DNA of 64,000 bases from Catajapyx aquilonaris (lineage: Eukaryota), in assembly GCA_000934665.2 (NCBI GenBank), contig KZ538306.1, positions 1 through 64,000 of the forward strand. The letters run 5' to 3'. The position numbers and the translations under genes were made by a program. The notes beneath the pieces were generated by a model, which was not told where the DNA came from, made no database searches, and saw only the letters and a list, made by a program, of their open reading frames with translations. Below, in pieces: positions 20,832-37,000 of this stretch (position 1 is its first letter; each line of letters begins with the position of its first letter).

Positions 20832-22440
20832 TTAGACACTCTCTTCAGAGAACAAAATCGTAGAATCTTCTTCGAGACCGTTGCTGATGCTAGCAGTATT
20901 AATCATTCCATGAACTCCAATATTTCCTTTATCACTGATGTTGTAATCAGAATTTAGAACATGAATAACGTCGGTCACAGTACCAATCACTTGGACGCTA
21001 ATGGATGTATTAATATTGTCAGGTGGTGATGTGAAATTGACCATTCCAATGCTCTGATATTGGAAATTCTCCAATTGCATCAATCCGTCATTTGCATCTC
21101 GCAGGTCCGACAGGCTTGTGAAACTGTCTTCATACGAGAGATACACATTGTTATGTCCGATCACCAAAATCCCATTGCTGTACGTGTAATTAGTCAGGTG
21201 CTTGTTAATGAGCAAATGCGAGTCTCCATATGTGGCCGCAGACTCATAAGCATCTGTTGTACTGAACATCTGAAAGACAATTTTAAAATCTCTTTAGACA
21301 TTAGTTGTGACAAATTTGATCATATTAATTACATTAATGAATTTTTGTGAGATTGCGTTTACCGTCAAGCCTTCATCAATCAAAGTAATGTTCAGATGCT
21401 GTAAGATATCACCGGTCGTCTCAATGTTGTCCGAATTATTGGCGTATTTGGTGGAGACTACTTCTGTGACACTTGCTGTTGTGTTGGCTATGAATGTGTA
21501 AGTTTTCACGTCAAAGTGAAGGTTACTTGTTGCCGTCAGCTGCGCATGACTGTCTTGCTGAATCTGTCCATCGCTGACCATTGCAATGTCTGAGTGATCT
21601 CGGTAATTGACCAAAGACTGGACAACTGCTCTGTAGTCGGCCACATCCGTTTTATTAAAGTTGGCCTGCAAATTTTGACATTTGGTATTATTAACGAGGT
21701 ATTAATTAAGCGAGTAACTTACTTGAATGCTTGATAAATGGGTGATGTTTCCTTTGGGTGAGAACAAACTAGTGGTTTCATCTAAACTGAAGCCTCCCTC
21801 CGTCACACTCAGGTTCCCTTTCCTGTAGTAATTAAGAGTCAAATCTGCGGATGAAACTGTGCCGTAAGCAGACCAACTGTACAAAGTGGAGTCAGCTTCA
21901 GGCAGCTCTGTTACATTTCCATGTTCCTTTAACATGACACTTGAGGTCATCGGAGCCAGCTGTAAAAAAATTCAGTTCACATCTTGTCATAGAAATTAAG
22001 CAACAATCACATACTTTTGAATACAGTTTGATGGCACGATGAGTACTGATTTTCTGTTCGCTCCAGTGTTTCCCCATGGTGTATATAGTCTCCGTAAATT
22101 CATCGGTGAAGCAATTATGCAGGCAAAATGCAATGTTGCCTACTGTATCTGCAATTAGAAAGCAATTACACATTACATTGGAGTGACTAATTGCGACACT
22201 TACTTGCACTTTCCAGGTGTGTCAATTTTTCTCCGGCATGTCGATTAATGTTGTGCAGATAGCTATTGTGTCGTTGGAAGACAGCATAACTTTGGGGAGC
22301 TTCATATCCTGATGCTGTGGTAATAATTAATTCGCTAATTAGCATGCTTCATTCCTTTTATTAGAGAACAGGCAGTTTGGAAAAGGATACTCACAACTTA
22401 AAGCAAGGCAGAGGAAAAGCAGTGTTGAATAAACCGTCAT
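20832..22440 (-). CDS. Uncharacterised secreted glycoprotein, family member A (6 exons, about 422 aa)
   Basis: Exons 22440-22395, 22314-22204, 22148-22015, 21959-21723, 21665-21363, 21269-20832 join in frame with GT-AG introns; signal-peptide-like MTVYSTLLFLCLALSSSG; at least ten NxS/T sequons. Confidence 0.85.
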
Positions 22441-22576
22441 TGTTCAGCTAACAATAAGTTGTATTGAAAATTCACCACAATGTTGCAGTATCAATAGATA
22501 AGCAATAATTGAAGAGCAATCTGATATGTCTCAATGACAGGTGACGTGACCAATTATTACGTATCCAATAGCCACA

Positions 22577-22743
22577 ATGAGGACACAAGGTATCATTGCT
22601 CCTTCTCTGTCTCCTTCAAAACTGCATGTAACAACTGATATGACATTGCACATAATCGCAACAATGTTTGTTCATCATAGGCTACACGGATGTGCATTGA
22701 AATGATTAGATCCTACACCAAATTTTGGGAAGACAATTTGATG
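22577..22743 (+). pseudogene. Truncated, disabled copy of exons 1-2 of family member C
   Basis: Aligns to 25015-25178; 1-nt insertion after the ATG, first donor changed GT to GC, indels and stops in exon 2; similarity ends at caatttgatg. Confidence 0.8.
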
Positions 22744-23298
22744 TACTTTAATTACCCGCCTTTTCCATCACATTCGTAATTTCTCAGTCAGATGGTTAAA
22801 AAGTATTGCTAATGGTATTTTCAGTCATATTTTATTTCATTTGTTATGTAGCCGAAGTTAAATTTTCCGAGATAACATTACAATAACACAAACCAGATCG
22901 GATTTTTAATTTTCTTTAAAAAAAGTTACCACCCCTAGTTCATTGGCAAGCGGCATTAACTTTTCAGCACATTTTACAATTAATTTGTAGGCCTTCATCA
23001 TGATCAGGAAATTTGTTTTACTTGAACAAAATAGTGAAGTGCGAAGATATTACGGCGTATTGAAGAGAATCTTATAATGCAATCAATAAGAATAATATTG
23101 CGGCATAAAAATATAAATGGAGTTGATCATAATCGTTTGTTTTGAGAAAATATTGACATTTTTTTTTTTAATTAAATACTTCATATTTTTATCTTGGAAT
23201 GAGGGCATACTGTACTTGTAACTTTGTATTGGAAAAAGTGCTGATGTTTTATTTAAGCTGTGATGAATGTTACATTTATGACACTAACTTATGGTTAA

Positions 23299-24908
23299 TT
23301 AGACACTCTCTTCAGTGAACAAAATCGCACAATCTTCTTCGAGACTGGGGGTGCTGTTATTAGTAGGCAGCGTCAAATTGATAATTCCATGAACTCCAAT
23401 ATTTTCTTTATCACTGATGCTGTACTCAGACTTTGGAAGATGAATAACGTTAGTCACAGTACCAAGCACTTGGACGCTAATTGATATATTCATAGTGTCA
23501 GGTGGTGCTGTGAAATTGACCATTCCCATGCTCTGATACTGGAAATTCTCCAATTGCATCAATCCATCATTTGTATCTCGCAGGTCAGACAGGCACGTGA
23601 AACTGTCTTCATACGAGAGATACACATTGTCACCTCCGTACAACAAAATCCCATTGCTGTACGTGTAATTAGTCAGGTGCTTGTTAATTAGCAAATGCGA
23701 GTCTCCATATGTGACTGCAGACTCATAAGCATCTGTTGTACTGAACATCTGAAAGATAATTTTAAAATCTCATTAGACATGAGTTGTGACGATCATATTA
23801 ATTGCATTAGTGAATTTTTGTGAGGTTTCCTTTACCGTCAAGCCTCCATCAATCAAAGTAATGTTCACATGCTGTAAGATATCACCAGTCGTCTCAATGT
23901 TGTCTGAATTATTGTCGTATTTGGTGGAGACTACTTCTGTGACACTTGCTGTTGTGTTGGCTATGAATGTGTAAGTTTTCACGTTAAAGTGAAGGTCACT
24001 TGTTGCCGTCAGCTGCGCATGACTGTCTTGCTGTATCTGTCCATCGCTGACCATTGCAATGTCTGAGTGATCTCGGTAATTGACCAAAGACTGTACAACT
24101 GCTCTGTAGTCGGCCACATCCGTTTTATTAAAGTTGGCCTGCAATTTTTGACATTTGGTATTATTAACGAGGTATTAATTAAGCGAGGAACTTACTTGAA
24201 TACTTGATAAATGGGTGATGTTTCCTTTGGGTGAGAACAAACTGGTGGTTTCATCTAAACTGAAGCCTCCCTCCGTCACATTCAGGTTTCCTATCCTGTA
24301 GTAATTAAGGGTTAAATCTGCGGATGAAACGGTGCCGTAAGCAGACCAACTGTACAAACTGTCGTTAGATTCAGGCAGCTCTGTTACATTTCCATGTTCC
24401 TTTAACATGACACTTGAGGTCATCAGAGCCAGCTGTAAAAAAATTCAGTTCACATCTTGTCATAGAAATTAAGCAACAATCACATACTTTTGAATACAGT
24501 TTGATGGCACGATGAGTACTGATCTTTTGTTCGCTCCAGTGCTTCCCCATGCCGTATATAGTCTCCTCAAATTCATCGGTGAAGCAATTACGGAGGCAGA
24601 ATGCAATGTTGCCTACTGTAGCTACAATTAGAAAGCAATTACACAAGCAGTGATCGCAGTGACTAATTACGACACTTACTAGCACTTTCCAGGTGCGTCA
24701 ATTTTTCTCCGGCATGTCGATTAAGGTTGTGCAGATAGCTATTGTGTCGTTGGAAGACAGCATAACTTTGCGGCGTTTCATATCCTGATGCTGTGGTAAT
24801 AATTAATTAGTTAATTAGCATGCTACATTCCTTTTATTAGACAACAGGCAGTTTGGACTCACAACTTAAAGCAAGGCAGACGAAAAGCAGTGTCGAATAA
24901 ACCGTCAT
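23299..24908 (-). CDS. Uncharacterised secreted glycoprotein, family member B (recent tandem duplicate of A)
   Basis: Highly similar to A in exons and introns; intact frame; same six exons; ATG at 24908. Confidence 0.85.
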
Positions 24909-25014
24909 CGTTCAGCTAAGTGAAAATTCGCCAAATATCTGGCAGTATCAATAGATAAGAGATTGACGAGCAATCTGATATGTCTCAATGACAGGTGACG
25001 TGCCAGTAGCCGCA
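24909..25014. promoter_or_regulatory. Putative compact bidirectional promoter between members B and C
   Basis: 106 bp between divergent ATGs; contains GATA-type words (gtatcaatagataag, ctgata) and caggtgacgtg, all conserved in the duplicate at 22441-22576. Confidence 0.55.
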
Positions 25015-26652
25015 ATGAGGATCCAAGTATCATTGCTCCTTCTCTGCCTCGCTCAAAATTGTACGTAACTACTCATAACACATTACACAAAATCGCAACA
25101 ATGTTTGTTCATCACAGGCTACACGGATGTACAAAACGATGCGATCCTACAACAAATTTTGGGAAGACAATTTGATGCCAATCAATATTGGGGACGACCT
25201 TGGGGACGACATTCTGAAAAAGTGAAGCATGCAAGTATGTACATTTTTTTTTTTCCATGTGCACAACAATGTAACAATGTTTCCACTTAAGATGCCGTAC
25301 ATGTTGTCAACTCATGCCTTCAAAACATCGGATTCAATGAATTCAGAGAGATAGCTGCCTGCTTGGCCGAACGTTTGAGGCTACAGAAACTCAGCACTAG
25401 TCACGCCTTCGATTTACTATCAAAGGTATGCTATCAGCTTTCGATAAAAATTTCTGATTGTCACTTTAAAATATGACAACCGCCGCTTTTATAAATTTTT
25501 TTAAAAAAACAAATCGCCAATTTTTATGCTTATTTTTAGGCAGGTCCTGTGGAATTCGACATAAGGTTGAACGAACATGGAAATAGATCATACTTGATGG
25601 CAACTACAGCAGGATTACATACTTGGTATGCTAGTGGCACGTTGTCGACTCCGAATCTAAATATGCAGTACATCAGGGAAGGTTCGCTGCTTCTATCTTA
25701 TGATTGGTTGGTCATGACGGAAAGCACAAATCTGCAATCAGTCCGAGGGAATATCACGGTTGTCTCTCACATTACGGTAAGTCGCAGTCGTCATTCTCTA
25801 TACGTCAACCTTGCAAACTTGTCATGTGAAATTTCAGGCAGACCTGAATTACATGAGATCCAACTTCACGACAACATCTATAGGAATTTTTATGAGCAAC
25901 CAGCAGCGCTCGGACATGTCACTGATCGGTGAAAATGGTAACCTGATCAATGCAAGAGAAGATAGTCAGACATCAGTCGCAACAATCAGCCAAATCCAAC
26001 TAGACTATGCCAAAAGCACTATTATCCATGTCAACACAAACGCAGTCATTTCTGAAGTCGTCCTCACCAAATATTCAGATTCGACCAGCTTGAAACAAGG
26101 AACAAGCTGTGACATTTCGCTACACTTGAATGTCGCTCTGACGGAAGATGTAGGAGCGAAGGTAAAATGTAATGATTTACTAAATTCATGACTTAAACCA
26201 ACTCTTGGATTTTCCAGGTATCGATTGAAACAACGGCCTCTGAATCGACCGTCACTTATGGAAACATGGACGCCCCAATAAGCCACCGCTTCAGCAACTT
26301 TACGTACTTAAACGACATGGTCGTAACCATTGCTAATACCTCCCTGTCCTCTGCGGACAAGCTGCTGTACCACTCGGACTTGAAGGACGGAAATTACCAA
26401 CTGGTGCAGACGGAGGATTTTCATTATCAGAGTAGCGCAGCAGTGAACATGACAGGTCCTGAACTAGAAAAGATTTACGACTTCCAACTGAGCGGTGGCA
26501 TGACTGATATCGTTAACATGCCAAATAGTGCAGACGTTAACATTATTATCATACAGGAAAATGTGGGCGTTCAAGGTTCACTGAACTTGACCTATGCTCC
26601 TAAGAGTGAGCAGGAGGAATGTGAAGTCGAGATCACCGTCCAGCCTGTGTAG
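25015..26652 (+). CDS. Uncharacterised secreted glycoprotein, divergent family member C (6 exons, about 430 aa)
   Basis: Exons 25015-25060, 25118-25234, 25292-25425, 25540-25776, 25838-26161, 26218-26652; signal-peptide-like MRIQVSLLLLCLAQNC; motifs shared with A/B (LxEHGN, WxAxGT, GNIT, EVVxTKY, NxTYxN, FxYQS, NxGVxG); exons 1, 3 and 4 have the same lengths as in A (46, 134, 237 bp). Confidence 0.85.
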
Positions 26653-26880
26653 TCGTCACTTTTCCAGGACAAGTGTTTAAATAATGAGCAGTCTGTCTAG
26701 TTGTTCAACGTGTAATAAACTTCCATAATATATCTTCTTTTTTTTTACAAAACACATTAGAAATATAACTTGTACACTATCTATATACAGCATTGTCTAA
26801 GTGAAGGCACACAATTTCCTGCAAGTACTCACAACACCTACACTTCACACTGTGGCGGAAGACACATCACTTGGAAGAAC

Positions 26881-28701
26881 CTAAGAGCGAAGTCGCGGCG
26901 GCAGCTTGCAAAGGGCATCGTGAACAGGAAGAGAAATTCCTGCAGCTATCGCAATCCCAACAGCGTCACCCAGAGACGCAACGCCCAACGAGAACGACTT
27001 CTCATCCTCAGGACTCTGCAATAATATATAAAAAAATTAATAATCGCAGCTTCGTTGCAAGTGTAAAATTCCTCACATCTTCTGATATCCTGTAGAAAGT
27101 GTTGACGTACGCAGCTCCTCCGAGCAGTCCCTCCCAAAGCACCAGGACCAGAACCACCCAGAAAGACGGCAGGAATAGGTACACGGCCTCAACCGTAAAA
27201 AGAATCACGTTCAATCCCTGTAAAAAATAATCGGAGCGATGTTTCAGCAAATTTCCATCGTCGTCATAGAAACTAGTTCGGTTGCTACGTCATTTACGTC
27301 AGATTCAAGCTCTCAGCAAACTGACCTGCAGTAAAGCCAGCACCCAAGTCTTTCTGATCTGGAACAAATTAACGGACGATCTCGACAGAAACACTCCAAC
27401 TTGGTAGTCAACTTGTAGCCATCTGTATTGCTCCGCAGTGCTCAGCCATATGCCGTTAAAGTTGATCAACTCCGTCTGTCAAATGCCGCCATTAGTACAT
27501 AAACGGCTAAACGCTTAACACAATGACATACCAATCCTTGATTGATGAAGTACTCGAACAGGTAGACCATCCCGAGCGGAACCATGTACTTGAGCAGCTT
27601 CGGCACGATCCGCAACTTCCGCTTCATGCTCAACGGAGGACTTTCCGCAGGCGGATACTGAACGAGAGGACGGCTGCTTCCGGACTCGGACTTGCAGCAG
27701 GTGAACTTGCTTCCAGGATGCTCCAGCAGGATCCAGAAGCTGGCATGAAAATGATAGTCAAAATTTATTCGCATCTGCACAAAGCAAGGTGCTCACCTGG
27801 CGGCCATAATAACTGGAATGACTAGCATTATGAACAGAGTCGTACGGGGCGTCAACCCAACCTGTTTGCTTGTTAACGCAGCATAAGACAGAGCTCCGAG
27901 TACGCCCGAAGCTCCAGTTCCAGAAGACCACGTTGATATCACATTCCTGATGAGAATTCACGATGTTTAATACTGACATATTCATATTCTCCAATTTTTT
28001 CGTCTGCACCTGTTGTACTTGGACGAGTAGGCAAGGTAAGTGACCTCACCCAGTCCTCCGCAGAGTGCCGCACAAATGACGCCGAGGAAGGCCATCCACT
28101 GCGCTACGGAGAGAGCCACCAGAAGAAAGCTCAAGGTGCACATGCCGATCACCAAAGCACTTCGCAGGCTGCGGAAGAATATGCGCTTTACACATTAATT
28201 GTTGGTGAGACAATATTTCAACTTACTGAACGTTAGTGAAAAGGAAGGGTGCGACAATCTTGATGGCCAATGACGGCAGTATGTCGGCGAGGAGGATCGC
28301 GCCTGTGGAAGTCGGGTTGCAGTCTCTGGTCGAGTTGCTGTGAATTGGGACTGGTTCCGTGCTCTGAAAGTGCATCACATCAAGCACACAATAGTTACAC
28401 TGCACACTTTTAATCAAACAATGTAAACCGCATAAGGACTTACATTACTCTGGAAGTCTGTGCTCAGTATGTCATGTGCCGCACTCAACATAATCACGTA
28501 CGAGTAGTTGTTGCACAGTCCCAGCAACCAGAAAGCGGACAAGTTCCGCCATTTCGAACAGCTGGTCGTCTCCTCTGGGTCGCCGCTAACCAAGTCGGCC
28601 GAGGACTCCGATGCTGCAAATGCAAGAAAGTGATAATGACGCTAATTAGCGCAACAAGGTTTCGTACAACATGTACCTAAACCATTCGCTTCCGGTCCCA
28701 T
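26881..28701 (-). CDS. CLN3: Battenin / CLN3 lysosomal transporter
   Basis: [49 protein letters not shown] region exon, [34 protein letters not shown]; stop TAG at 26881; first coding exon uncertain. Confidence 0.93.
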
Positions 28702-29792
28702 TCTCAACGACACACAATCTGCTACGATTCTTATTAATACTACTCATTCTCAGCCAGATCTTATCACCCTGACCCATCAGACTTTGGACTACTTTGTTAT
28801 CTTTTGGCACATCTTACTGTTGAAATGGAAAGCTCAAGGATAAAGGATGATCAGTCAAAATGAGTATGCTTGCATGTATAAATAACAGGATGTTTTTCTT
28901 TAGCGCCTTAGTCGAAACCATCGCCTCACTTACATTTCGTTGCATCATTCCCAGTAACGTTCATGAAATGTATTCAAATTAGCGTATCTTCAAACTCCGA
29001 CTAATTGCAGTATCTAATGTGTGTAATGACCATCACAGATTTGGGATTGCGCAACCTTCCCTGTGGTAAAGATTACGGCATAAGCCGCCATCACTCAGTC
29101 TTGTCAGAAACAATACCTATTGTTGATCATAGGAATACTTATGCAGGGCAAGAAGTTATCCCAATAAAAAATAAAAGACAATGATTTATCGCAGTTTTTA
29201 CAGACTCTTAACAAGTGTTGCCGAACATTCTGATCGTCCCAAGCAGGACATACTGACAAGTAACCCTGCGTTAAACTGGGCCAGCATTATTAGTATAATA
29301 TGATATCCCATTTGCGCAAATCACAGCTACTTTTTTTTTGCCGAAACATTCTACTTTTTATGACAAAGCAGCCTGGGAACGGTGTCCTGCATCTGCATCA
29401 TCAATATGATCTGTATTTTCCAAAGAGACAATCATATTCCTCCACATCCTGCTCACACTAGGCCACATTATTTATGACCATCATCATTCATTCCTGTCCT
29501 TCACGACCTTCAGCTGCAAACATGCGACTCCTACATATCAGCCAATACTTCCTGTACGAACATGGCGCAAACCAAGACAAACTTTTCTGTGACAGTAACA
29601 CATACTTTTTCTACAAATGTTTAAAGGAACTCCTGCCTATCTGCCGCCATATCAGCAACACACACCTTTGTGAAATAAAACAGGATAACAGAGGCACACA
29701 TCTCAAACAGCTAACGGCTAACTTCTTCAATATTCTTAGCAACCCAATGCTCTGAAACGCTGTATAATTATGGCTAATGATTCCTCTCATTA

Positions 29793-29904
29793 AGGTGCGT
29801 TTACATGTGAGCGATTTGACGAGGGAAGAGCGAGTAGCCCTAGTAACAAATATTGTTTGAGGCGAATATTTCAACCGTCAAATTGCTCACATGTAAACGC
29901 ACCT
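29793..29904. mobile_element. Short MITE (Tourist/PIF-Harbinger-like), copy 1
   Basis: aggtgcgtttacatgtgagcgatttgac ... gtcaaattgctcacatgtaaacgcacct; related copy at 45305-45427. Confidence 0.7.
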
Positions 29905-31083
29905 TTGTTGTTGTTGTTATTATTATCATCATCATAAGCTGTTGGAAATAATAATATATTATTATTATTTCTAACAGCTTATGAGTAAGTTCTTTACCAA
30001 TATTTGTAGGCACCTGTTTCATTGTAATAATTATGGCAATAAAAATCCCTTTATTATTATTATTATTATTATATATACTGAGATAGCCGTGTACACGCTG
30101 GTCGTAGCTTGAGTATGAGATTAATGCTGCAATGTAATGAATGAAGGAATGATTATTATATTTTTATTAATGTAATCTTATTGACGAATGTCCAGTACCG
30201 TTGCAATTAACGAAACAAATGCTTATCACTCGATATACGATGAAGTTGTGTGGAAATGGCACAACATGTGGTATGGTTCTGCCTCCCAGCTGCGTACGTT
30301 CAACCAGACCTGATCCAACTGTTGCGACACGCATTGTGTGCACTGTACAACCCCCAAGCGGTATATGCTTACCCAGCACTCCTGCGTTGCCCATCTCCAA
30401 TTCAGCAGCATCCGACCCCTTCTTCGTCTTCCTACACTGCACAGACCCATACTCCTTATTCGCATCCATCCTGCTGCCCACCCAAGGCTCCAATGATACT
30501 TCCTGCTTGCTGATTCCCCCATCACGTGCGAATATCTGCTGGAAAAAAACGTGTGAAAGTCAGGTGGTGGTATTGTCATCATCACATCTGTTTGATGTGG
30601 GAAGGGCGGAGGGGGAAACAATGGCAGAACAATGCAACCAGTCTAACCGTGGGGAGCAGGGAGCCTCACTCAAACGGGCCGCCAGGTCATACTCCGAATA
30701 ATTGATCCCGTAATCCGGATTATCATTGCGCGCACATGCAACCCAATCGCCAAATAACGCATAAGCTCTCTATCCGCTACCTATAGCCGCTACTTATAAC
30801 CGCTTACTGGTAGCCGCTACTAGTAACAGCTTCGTTGAAATTGAACCCAGATGAATCGCACGGTTTCCGGATCAGTTAATTTCGATTAATTTTTTTGGCA
30901 TAGTTTTTAAGCAATCGTTGCACTTCATTTTTAATGGTTAATTAGTGGTAATTAGTGCGTGCTTGATTTGCAGGGGGAGGTATGGCAACCCTGGGGCGGG
31001 GGCAAATGGCGTCTGTGTGACGGAAGAAAAGGAATAATCGGTCGGATTCGGGGCCGTTCTTTTTCCCTTCCAAGTAGTGCAAG

Positions 31084-33747
<2,664 letters not shown>

Positions 33748-34091
33748 ACCGGACAGTAATCCCACGCCTAATCCCTCATTATTGTGATCCTTCAATCGTA
33801 CACCGCAAATTTTTTTACATTTGATGTGAGGTGAAACATGAAGGTACGCCAGTAGAATCCAACTGCAGTATGTCCGTGTATTTTTTAACGCTAATAAATG
33901 TGCTAGGTTACTGTGAGATGACCTGTTCCATTGATGTAAAATCACTTCAGTTCTTATAATTTAATAGCGATAAAACAGATCACTATGAACAAATTCAGTT
34001 AGAAATTACTTTTCAAAGTGGCAGCTTCAAAGTCCGCATCTCGCTCCGTCTGATAATTGTTATTTTTCTGATTCAATAACTTACGGCAAGA

Positions 34092-37000
34092 TCACTTTTC
34101 GCTTTTGTCACTTCGCCGGCCCCTCTGCCCGGCCATCTCGTCTAGCTTCCCATCCAGCCTCCTCTGCAGATGTGCCCGCTTGGTCCGATCCATCCTTTTC
34201 GGAGGTCCTGCGAACCCGTGCTTGTGTAGCTCTTTCCTGGCGTCGATCTTGGCCAACTGGCCACACCCGTGGGCCTCGGGTATGCTGTGCCCGATGCAGA
34301 AACGCATCCGACAGTGCGGGCAAGTCATCCCTAGAGTGGCCGTCAGCGTCTTGCAACCTTTTGTATTGCAGCGGGTGTCCATGCGCTGAAATTGAGCAAC
34401 CACCGCGTCGAAGTCTTCGTCCTGTCCGTTGGCTGCCTTGGACGGTTTTGACTTCCGCTGACACTGCAGTTGGTGCAAGACCATGTTGGCAGGCGGTACT
34501 TGGTGTCCGCACCGTCCGCATTTGGCTGTGGCTGGCGGAGGGACGGCGGGATCAACTGGACGTGCTGGTTTCTTCTTGTGCGACGGAGGCTTGGCAGGTT
34601 TTGTCCCAGGCGGGTCCTCTTGGCGTTTGGGCTTCGGTTGTAACAGTGGTTCGGCAACCGGCTCTTCCTCAACATCAGACGCAGATTCTGCTGGTGGTTC
34701 TTCTGCTGCTTCCGATCGGTCTACTGGAACTGATTCTGCTTCGGCCTTGGCAGCCTGCCTGAACACGACGATGTGACTGGAAATGACAAAATTTCAGATC
34801 GTTGCAAAATTCATTCCAACCATTGCTAACATACCGATCTTGTCCGTCTCCTTGACTAGTATGCCCCAACCCAGCCTCCTCCGCCAGCATATGTACCAGG
34901 CGTCGCTCCCACGAAGCCAGAGTTGCTGGGAAAGCACGGCTCTCCTCCTTTCCCGCCATCACTTCCGCAAGTTCTTCCACCAGCTGCTTCTTCCTTTCTT
35001 CCTGAACTTCATCCGGAATCTTCTCCTTCTCCGGGACCTTCTCCGCAACTTTTTTGTTGGCCTTCTTCTTCTTGGGCTCGGCTTTGGGTGGGGCCCTGAG
35101 GTCTAAATGGGCCGGCCTGCCTTCGGACACCATCTCCGAGTGATACTGAAATGCGGACCTCACGTCCCCTGCGGAATTGGGAGAGACGATTTAACTTACC
35201 GCTTGTTATAATGAATAATTGTATTTACCTTTTGCAGTGAGGTGCTCCAATAGTGTTGCTAATACAGGATCCTTGCCGACGGTGGCCGAATCTCCAAACA
35301 CAGCCAGCTGTCTTCTGGCTCTGGTAATGGCCACGTTCAGCCGACGATGCTCAGCCAGAAAGCCTACTTCGCCTGTCGAGTTGGATCGAACCAACGACAG
35401 AAGGACGACCTCTTTTTCCCTGCCCTGGAAGCCATCCACCGAACGAATCTCCAGGTTGGGGAAGTCCTGACTCAGACGATGTCGAAGGAGCTCAACCTTT
35501 TTCGAAATGTTCAATTGTATTATCTAACAACCTCACCGCAAAAAGTGCATACCTGCAGATTATATGGCGAGATGATGGCTATCTGTTTCGGCTGCAGTCC
35601 AGACGATATAAGGCTGCGGGCATGGGTAGCAACTAGGTCAGCCTCTCCCTCGTTGCCACGAGAACCAGACGTTCCTGCCTGAACCTCTTCCATCTCGCAT
35701 CCAGCGGTGTCCACAAAAATTATCGTTTTATCTGAAATGTACAGCAGAATATTTTTAATACTGCTTAGTAAACAAATCGTTAGATATTAAGTTACGAGCA
35801 CAATCGCAATGTGTACAACTGAAATTGCAGGAAAATTCATGGCCGTCCATGTACTTTATTTTATTCCAGTTATATCCCTCGACTCAGCTGCCTGTGGACC
35901 TGCAATTTATCATTTGGTGTTTGTGCGGAGGGGATGCCGCCCCAAGGGGACAATGAAAATCCTCGGGGCAATGGCATCCTTCCCTTGGCCTGGCCCCCTG
36001 AATGTCAATATATGACAAACACCTATTGAGCACCTCCGTACCGACCTTGCAGTACACAAGGATGCTAATTATACTATAAAAGTACTTTATCATATCCTGA
36101 ACAGCAGGCTACCATAGCTCACACAAAAGCATTCAGGGTTCCCATGAATATTCAGGATGAATCACTCCACAACTTATATAGCATACCAGTATATCACTGA
36201 ATGTCACCGACTGGCACATATTCAGCGCAATCATATTTATTTCAGAACATGTCCTGTAAAAAAATTGTACCAAATCCACATTCTTATTTGCATATTAACC
36301 TTCTCAAAGTTCTCGGAAGAGGATCTACCTTCATTCTCTTCCGAGAATTATTCCGACATGAACTTGTGTGGGAATTTCCATACATAGATAGCAACTGCAT
36401 CCTAATATAGCACTTGTGAGGTGATTAGCCTCAAGCTCAAGGACTAAATTACATAAATAATACAGGATGTAACTAAATCATTAAATCACTAATACTATCA
36501 TGTATGAAATTAATAAATGGATAATAAATTATTACAGTAATAACTAAATTGGTAATGCAGTACCTACGTAAAAATTAATGCCAATGAATAAATTAAATGT
36601 GGTAATACGTATACACTAAAAATTAATAATGAACAACAAACTCTTTAATGTGCCTATTAAGACTACTGTACAATTCGATGAATTTCAAGGACTATTCAAT
36701 ATAATAAAACTGAAATAATAAATTAATAATACAGGATGTAACTAAATAATTAACATAAAATTAATAAAAAATAAATAGTTAATGATTTCAATAATAACTA
36801 AATTGGCAATGCAGTACCTATGTAAAAAAGTTAATGCCAATAAATTGTGGTAACATATAAATTAATGTGTCTATTAAGATTAGTTCAGTCACTACTATTG
36901 CTGTTGATCTTACTTGTCCAGCAGCAGAAGTTTTTAAAAACATGTGCATGCAATATTCACCGATGAGCATTCCTTCTACTGGTAGATGGGAATTACGTAT

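Noticed and set aside
36440..36880. Approximately 270-bp AT-rich duplication (also three roughly 100-bp units at 56505-56760)
   Set aside because: Ordinary decayed local tandem duplications with no sign of function.
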